64,000 nucleotides of DNA, from positions 15,022 to 79,021 of the forward strand of contig NW_005201327.1 in the NCBI RefSeq assembly GCF_000372725.1, written 5' to 3'. The notes under the pieces were generated by a model that did not search any database, had not been told where the DNA came from, and worked only from the letters and a program-made list of their open reading frames with translations. Every line of letters begins with the position of its first letter. Position 1 is the stretch's first letter. Below, in pieces: positions 56,981 through 64,000 of this stretch. This DNA is from Emiliania huxleyi CCMP1516. Its lineage: Eukaryota. The position numbers and the translations under genes are program-made.

Positions 56981-59900
56981 CAATGGGGCCGGCGGGAGCG
57001 GCGGCCTCTCCCTTACCAGCTGCATTCCGGCGGAGCTGCTCGCGCCGGACGCCGCCTTCCCGGTGCGGAGTGAGGACGCGGAGGGGAGCGACGCGGTCGC
57101 GGTCGCGCAGCGCGCGGTCGTGCGGCAGACCTTCGCCTCTTTCTTTGCGCACTGCCTGCGCGGCTACCAAGAGGCGCTCGTCCTACGGCCGCCCTCGAGC
57201 GCGCGCGGGCTTCGCAGGCTGATCGACGTCCCTTCGCTCGTCGCGGGGCGGAGCGCCGCCGAGGCTGCGCTGCTGCGTCGGCTTGCCGAGACGCAGTCGT
57301 TCACTTCGCTCATCGAGCAGCGAACCTCCCTCTCGTCGCGCAACGGCGAGCTGCTCCTCTTCGACCACCTGGCGGACCGCTGCCTCTCCGCGCCGCCGAC
57401 GGCGCGCGACCTGTCCACTCTGCCGGCGCTGCCGCCGCCGCCGCCGCGCAGCCGCGTCTACCAGGTGCCGCCGCCGTACTCGCTCGGCGGCGGCGCCACT
57501 TGCGGCCCCCACGAGCGGTGGCCGCGGCTGCGGCGGGAGGCGCTTCGCGCGCCGCGCCCCATCCCGCCCTTTAATTTTGCCGCCGCGCCCATCGAGCCGC
57601 GCCGCGCGTCCTGCGGCGGGGGGCGGCCTTCGCCGGCCGCCGGCGCGACGGCGCCGCGCTCCGCCGTGCCGCCGCGCCGCGCCACGGGCGACAAGGCGCC
57701 GCAGGTGGCCACGCCGGCCCCCACGCTGCTGCGGAGGCGAGACGCACGCGGCTGCCCGGAGCCTGCTCCGGCTGTGAACGGCGCCGCGTCACGCGGTCGA
57801 GCTGTGAACAGGGAGAGCTCCGGCCTGCACCGCCTCTGGGACTCGCCCGCGCCGGCAGAGGCGGCGGCGACACCCGCGCCGCCGGCCGCCGACTGCCCGG
57901 ACTCCGCCGGAATCCCGAGGACGGCGTCGGCGCCGCAGACGCCGGACCGGGCGTCGACCCGGCCGGCGGCGGAGGCGGTCTCCCGCCACTCCAGATCGCA
58001 GTCTCAGCCGGTTCGCTTCAACTGGTCGAGCGTCGCCTAGATGCGCCGTCACCCCTCCCCCGTTCCCACACACACACACACTTCCGAGGCACTCCCGAGG
58101 CACTCCCGACACACTTCCGAGACACTTCCGAGACACTTCCGAGGCACTTCCGAGACACTCTCTGCCCCGCACCGCTGGCGGCGAAGATCCGATCTTGGCC
58201 TCCATGTTTGAGCTGCCTTGATCCGCGGGCCTTTTGATTTGAAACCGGATCGCCCGCTCGACGGTGCCCTGAGCCAGCGCCGACCCAAAGCCCGGAGCCT
58301 TGACATCGAACCCTACCACTGGAAGTCGAACCCGCCGCATCTCCTCACGGCCTCTGCCGAGACACTTCCGAGACACTTCCGAGACGCTTCCGAGACACTC
58401 CCGAGGCACTTCCGAGACACTTCCGAGACGCCTCACGGCCTCCGCCGCCTGCACGAGGCAGCCCCAAGCGGGGGGGGGGGCTCACGCGGCCGTCGGTCTC
58501 TGCCACGCAGGCGCACCCCCGGCGGGGAGGGCACGGGGGGCGTGCGCTCGGGGCAACGGCGTGCCTCGGGCGATCCGAAGCCAGCGGCCGCCGGCCGCGC
58601 CGACAGCCCGCAGCGCGCGAGCGAGGCGCCGACTGCGTCGAGGCGCGTCGCGGTGGCGGTTGTCGCCGAGGCGGCGGCGGCGGCGGCGCGCGAGAAGGAG
58701 GCGCGCTCCGCGCCCAAGCGGTGGCCTTGGGGCAGCGGCCGGCTGGAGCCGGCGGCGCCGTCGCGGACGGGATCGGCGACGGCGAGCCAGGTGACGCCAG
58801 CAGAGTGGGCGCGGCGCGTGGCTGGCGAGTTGCACGCCGCGTTCGTCGCGATCTACTCGCTGACGGTCGAGCTGCAGCCACACCCGGAGGCCGCCGTGGC
58901 GGCCGCTGTCGGCTGCTTGCGCCGGCTGCACGCCGCGAACGTGTCGCCGCCGCAGTCGGCCCAGCACGCGCTGCTGCAGGCGTGCACTCCCGCGGGAAGC
59001 TCTCCACCCCTCCCTGCCTTCACGCCGGTGGCCTCCTCGCAACCCCGTCTCCTCGCAAACACCCCCCCTGCCTGGAACCCCCCCCCCCCTTTCCCCCCCC
59101 TTTCCCACCCCCCCCCGCCCCCTGGCAGGCGTGCATCCGCGCCAGGCTCGTCNNNNNNNNNNNNNNNNNNNNNNNNNNNNNNNNNNNNNNNNNNNNNNNN
59201 NNNNNNNNNNNNNNNNNNNNNNNNNNNNNNNNNNNNNNNNNNNNNNNNNNNNNNNNNNNNNNNNNNNNNNNNNNNNNNNNNNNNNNNNNNNNNNNNNNNN
59301 NNNNNNNNNNNNNNNNNNNNNNNNNNNNNNNNNNNNNNNNNNNNNNNNNNNNNNNNNNNNNNNNNNNNNNNNNNNNNNNNNNNNNNNNNNNNNNNNNNNN
59401 NNNNNNNNNNNNNNNNNNNNNNNNNNNNNNNNNNNNNNNNNNNNNNNNNNNNNNTTTTTTGGACCTGTGCTGGCACTTCGCGCCCGAGGGGATGCTGCCG
59501 CTGCTGCCGCACTTTCGGCTGCGGCAACCGGGTGAGGCGGCGCCAGGAGGCCTCGACCTCGTCCACTGCAGCGAGGAGGCGGCGGCGCGCTCCCCCGCCG
59601 GCGCGGGCTCGGCCGGAGCGAGCGGCGCGGGAGGGGGCAGAGGCGCAGGCGGCGAGGGCGACGGCGAGGGCGGCGAGGGCGGCGGCGAGGGCGGCGGCGA
59701 GGGCGGCGGAGGCGGAGGCGGCGGCGGCGGCGGAGGTGGAGGCGGTGGGGAAGGAGGAGGATGCGGCGGCGGCTCGGCGGCGGCCGCCGAGGCGGGTGAG
59801 GAGGACGTCGGCGTCGATTTTGAGGGATGGCTGAGCGCGTCGGGCCACTTGCGGACGGGGGTCGACCTGTGGGCCGAGGTGGCGGAGCGGCGGGGAAGTC

Positions 59901-60007
59901 AGCCAGAGCTGTTGCTGCTGCGGCGGGCGTCCACCGACTCGAACGATCTGTCGGAGACGCTGACGGCCGGCTCGGAGGCGCCCTACGAGGTGGAGATCTC
60001 CCTGTAG
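55415..60007 (+). CDS. DENN-domain Rab GEF (uDENN/cDENN/dDENN), multi-exon, 5' end in gap
   Basis: FALTDSSGRRMFAVCLTVWE; CLCVLSPAPFF; LFEHRVLFVAS..LLWPLRWQGIYIPLLP..SPVPFVIGIH; LAETQSFTSLIEQR; poly-Gly inserts. The 3' extent is uncertain. Confidence 0.85.
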
Positions 60008-61072
60008 GTGTAGCTCGGCCCTTTTTCGTACGGTGTACTACAGACCTTGTACAAAAGCTTCGAAGAAGCAATAGCAAACACAACTCTACACTCACACATT
60101 TGGGGCCCCTGCGGAGCCCCGCGGCAAATACGGCTTTACATCTCTCATGCTCTCGAGGTTCTCGAGGTGGATATCCTTTGGCCGCGTTGGGTAGCGAGGA
60201 TTGGTGTAACCCGAGCCACGGAGGCGTGTTTTCTGACGGCCGACCGTCAGCGTCAGTGCACGGAGTTGCCCCTTCTCCGACTGCCCCGGCTATACCTTAT
60301 CTAGTTCCCCAGGCTCGCCGGGTTTCCCCTACGTCACCCGAGACCTAGCGCGGGTGGGTTGGAGGGAGGCTCGCTGCAGGGAAGGGCTGTGTAAGAAGCC
60401 GATCCCCGTAGTCCGCCAGCTTCCTCCCCATCGGGCCGCATGAGCGGCCACGCCTCGCAGATTCGTTTCTCGCGCCTGGGTCAGGCGCGCGGGGCATCCC
60501 CCGGGTCGCTCGACCAGCGATCCGAAGAGTGGCCGCTATGCGAGGGAAAGAGCGGGGCCCTCGACGCCTCAGTCCGGCCCTCCGAGGGGGGGAAGGGAAT
60601 TGCGGGGTCCCCACGGGCGCCTCACAGTTCGGCCCTCCCGAGGGGGGGAGGGGAGCAAGGGGGTGGGGGGGTCGGGGCGGTGGGGAGGGGTCTCGGTTGC
60701 ATGGGTCTAATACTTTGCTGCTCGCTGCGATGGCGAAAACTCGTCTCGTCACCCTCGATCCAAGAACCTTCTACCTCGCAGCGTGACTGGGACTGTGGGA
60801 CTGCCTACGAAGGCGCTCTCAAATAAGAAATTCCAGTCGATTTTTTCGAGGAACTCTGTTGGGTTCCGGCCGTTTCATCGGTTCTTTTTTTAATAAATTT
60901 GGACGGACGCTCGCGATTCGCCCTCGCCGGCCCTCACCCCCGCGCCATCCCCTCCGCTGCCTTGCCTACCCCACAACCCCCGATTTGGACGCCCGAGGGG
61001 CAGGAAGCCGAATTGGGTGAGAACGGATTTCTCTGGTAAGCTCAGCTGTGAACTTCCCACATCCCAGTGAGC

Positions 61073-61831
61073 ATGTCCGCTCTCGCTCCTCCCCCGTGCC
61101 CTCCCACGTGTGATGCCGGCGAGGCGTGTGGCTTCTGCCTCATGATCGTAAGGTGCGGGGCTTGGGACGAGTTTTTTCGGTTCTGGGAGTCACCTCCATG
61201 CCAATCGAACCTCCGGCCAGGGGTCTGGTGTGCTGGCGATGGGCGGTGCGGCACACATGACCCGACAATCTTTGAATTCAGCCACTGCGACGCGGACGGG
61301 ATGTATGTCCGCAAGGACTGCCGGATAGCCAACTCCCCTCCGCCGCCATCCCCGCCGCCTCCCCCACCGTCACCTCCACCGCCAATGCTCGAGTCTATAC
61401 CGCCACAGCCCTCACCAACAGTACCCGTCCCCGTGGCGGCGCAATCTATTGATGAGGGAGGAAAGAGCTCTTGGGGTCAGCAGAGCCAACTGGAGCAACT
61501 AGGCCAGCCGGAGGCGCTAGCGCAGGCAGACGCGAGCAACGGCACCACGAACGTAGAGCTTGTGCCTGCCTACAATGTCATCGCTGGCTTCCTGTTGTTG
61601 CCGTGGATTGTCCGTTGGCCGTCCAAGATGTGGATGATTATTATCTTCATCTCTGTCTTGCTCGTGCCAGCCGCGACGTTGCTATGCTACTATTTCGCTT
61701 GCGTCCATGCGGGACGCTCCTCTGAACGCCGCGGTACCCTCGTCCTCTCGGAGGACGAGGTCCCGGACTTTGACGAGGCTGCGGAATTCAAGCCTACGAT
61801 GCAGCACCAGCCTTACAGTGGGAAGATCTAG
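61073..61831 (+). CDS. Cys-rich domain + Pro-rich linker + transmembrane protein
   Basis: CGFCL..WCAGDGRCGT..HC..MYVRKDC; SPPPP tract; hydrophobic segments near the C-terminus. Confidence 0.55.
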   Translation: MSALAPPPCPPTCDAGEACGFCLMIVRCGAWDEFFRFWESPPCQSNLRPGVWCAGDGRCGTHDPTIFEFSHCDADGMYVRKDCRIANSPPPPSPPPPPPSPPPPMLESIPPQPSPTVPVPVAAQSIDEGGKSSWGQQSQLEQLGQPEALAQADASNGTTNVELVPAYNVIAGFLLLPWIVRWPSKMWMIIIFISVLLVPAATLLCYYFACVHAGRSSERRGTLVLSEDEVPDFDEAAEFKPTMQHQPYSGKI

Positions 61832-62362
61832 AGCGTAGAGGTAGAGCACTCAGATGACAGATCTCAGTGTCAGTCCAATTTTAGGAGCTGGGTTGATGTG
61901 CAAAAAGAAAGGAAGACACCGACGCCACGAGGGGAGGAAAGCCGAAGGTAAACGTCTCCACCACACACCTTAAGGGACTAGGTCCAGCCCTGGGTGAGCC
62001 GGGTTGTGACATTTGGCGATTCCGCGGCTTACTGGGTCCCTGAGCCGCTCCCCGTGTGCGATTATTGTGGCCCAGGCATGGTACTGATAGTAAACGGGTC
62101 AGAACCGGCCAAACACAGGCTACAGCCCCACACACGCGCCCGCCATAGCTCCTGGAGAGCATGCGCGAGTGACGCGCTACAAGCCGCGAGAGTGGCATCA
62201 GAGGCAGGAACGACGTGCTCTTGCTGCACCTTGCAGCTGCACCGAGTGTGCTCGCAGTGTATGCCACGGCCGCCGCCTGCGGCATTGCTCTCGTGCAGCT
62301 AAGGCGACGCAGGTCCATCAGCAGGGCTCATCCAATGCGAGCACACATTGTGCTTAGCCGCG

Positions 62363-62501
62363 CGGCACCGGGCCGGTGCTTGCACTTTGAATGCCGTGGG
62401 GCTCCTGCCCGTGTCCGGGCGTGGAGATGCGAGGGTCGCCCCCCCTTGCCCCACCACTTTGTGTGTGTGGAGACGTTTACCTTACGATACCTTACCTTAC
62501 C
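62363..62501 (+). repeat. Second copy of the (TACCT)n-tailed element
   Basis: Matches 18969-19099. Confidence 0.8.
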
Positions 62502-62546
62502 CCCCAAAGAGCCGGAACCCAAACTTGGAGGATTTGGAGTCCAAAC

Positions 62547-64000
62547 ATGGTGAGTGCTCGCGAGCTTGGCAGCGGCGCAGGATCCCTGAGCTGCTCCGAC
62601 GCGGCCGTGCTGGCGGCGGAGCGTGGCGAGGAGGTGGCAGTGCTGGCGTGGCTCGAGGGCGGGGGGCGGGCCGACGCGACGTACGAGAGAGGCGGCGGGC
62701 GGGCCGACGCGACGTACGAGAGAGACGGCGTGAGCGGCCTCACGCTGCTGATGGGCGCCGCCCGCAATGGCCACGAGCGGGTGGTCGAGTTGCTGCTGCG
62801 GCACGGGGCGAAGATCAACCAGCAGAACAGCAACGGCGAAATTGCGCTGATGAACGCCGCCTACCACGGCCACAAGCGGGTGGTCGAGCTGCTGATACGG
62901 CGCGGCGCTGAGGTCAACCTGCAGGACAGCCTCGGCGGCACCGCGCTGATGCACGCCGCCCAGGAAGGCCACAAGCGGGTGGTCGAGCTGCTGCTGCAGC
63001 ACGGCGCAGAGGTCAACCTGCAGAGTAGCAACGGCAGCACTGCGCTGATGGGCGCCGCCGACAGAGGCCACGAGCGGGTGGTCGAGCTGCTGCAGCAGCA
63101 CGGCGCGGAGGTCAACCTGCAGGACAGCATCGGCATCACCGCGCTGATGCACGCCGCCATTAACGGTCACGAGCGGCTGGTCGAGCTGCTGATGCAGCAC
63201 GGCGCTGAGATCAGCCTGCAGAGGAGCGACGGCGGCACCGCGCTGATGAGCGCCGCCCAGCATGGCCACGAGCGGGTGGTCGAGTTGATGCTGCGGCACG
63301 GGGCGGGGATCAACCAGCGGAACAGCCTCGGCGGCACCGCGCTGTCTCGCCGCCCACAACGGCCACGAGCGGGTGGTCGAGCTGCTGCTGCGGCGCTGCG
63401 CTGAGGTCAACCTGCAGGACAGCGGCGGCGCCACCGCGCTGATGGCCGCCGCCAACCACGGCCACGAGCGGGTGGTCGACCTGCTGATACGGCACGGTGC
63501 TGAGACCAACCTGCAGAGCAGCATCGGCAACACCGCCCTGATGCTCGCCGCCACCAAAGGCCACGAGCGGGTGGTCGACACGCTGATGCAGCACGGCGCA
63601 GAGGTCAACGTGCAGGACAGCAAAGGCTACACCGCGCTGATGGGCGCCGCCTACAGCGGCCACACCGCCGTCGTGCTCCGCCTGCTTCGTGCTGGCGCGA
63701 ATGCAAAGGCTCGCTCTGCAGACGGCAGGTCCGCGCTGCAGATCGCCAAGGAGGGGGCGGCCAAGGTGCTAGCTACTTCCGACGCCGCCAGTGCTCCTGA
63801 AGCGGACCACGCCGGGTGCGTGCGCGCTCTCACAGAGCACGCAGCGGCGCTGAGGGAGGCGGAGGCGGCGGAGAAGGCGGCGGAGAAGGCGCTCGAGGCC
63901 AAGGGGCGGCGCGAGCAGCGCGAGCGGGAGGCGGCGGCGGCGGCGCGAGAGCGCGAACAGGCGGCACGACAGCGCGAAGCAGAGCGAGCGGAGGACGAGG
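62547..64000 (+). CDS. Ankyrin-repeat protein (about 10-11 highly similar 99-bp repeats) + coiled coil; frameshift near 63346; runs off window
   Basis: Repeated QxSxGxTALMxAAxxGHERVVELLxxHGAEVNL; 2-nt deletion in repeat 7 (GCGCTG-TCTCGCC). Confidence 0.9.

Overview
GC-rich eukaryotic genomic DNA with four N-gaps. Short introns carrying 10-11 bp minisatellites, apparent GC-AG splice sites, (GT)n tracts and GGC/poly-Gly runs suggest a haptophyte such as Emiliania/Gephyrocapsa huxleyi (inference). Genes: a lysyl-endopeptidase-like protease 5' end, three dispersed F-box + 7-blade RCC1 paralogues (one a pseudogene), a PAN/Pro-rich/pentapeptide protein, a 4-TM protein, a LEA_2-like protein, a kinesin-14 lacking its motor core, a PH-LRR-GT49 fusion, an F-box/NHL protein, a GT49-GT49-PL14 fusion, a plant-type LRR gene, a membrane M11 metalloprotease, a DENN protein, a Cys-rich membrane protein and an ankyrin array. 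Intergenic DNA is full of small mobile elements: nested non-LTR 3' ends with target-site duplications (TSDs), TIR elements, a DINE-1/Helentron-like element, a Sola2-like transposase relic and LTR remnants. A short alphaproteobacterial recN/lysE fragment lies at a contig edge. Most striking are the F-box-RCC1 and ankyrin genes, whose near-identical repeat frameworks vary at a few fixed, presumably binding-surface codons and show signs of repeat shuffling. They are candidates for a diversifying recognition repertoire. All protein calls come from motif recognition by eye; no searches were run.
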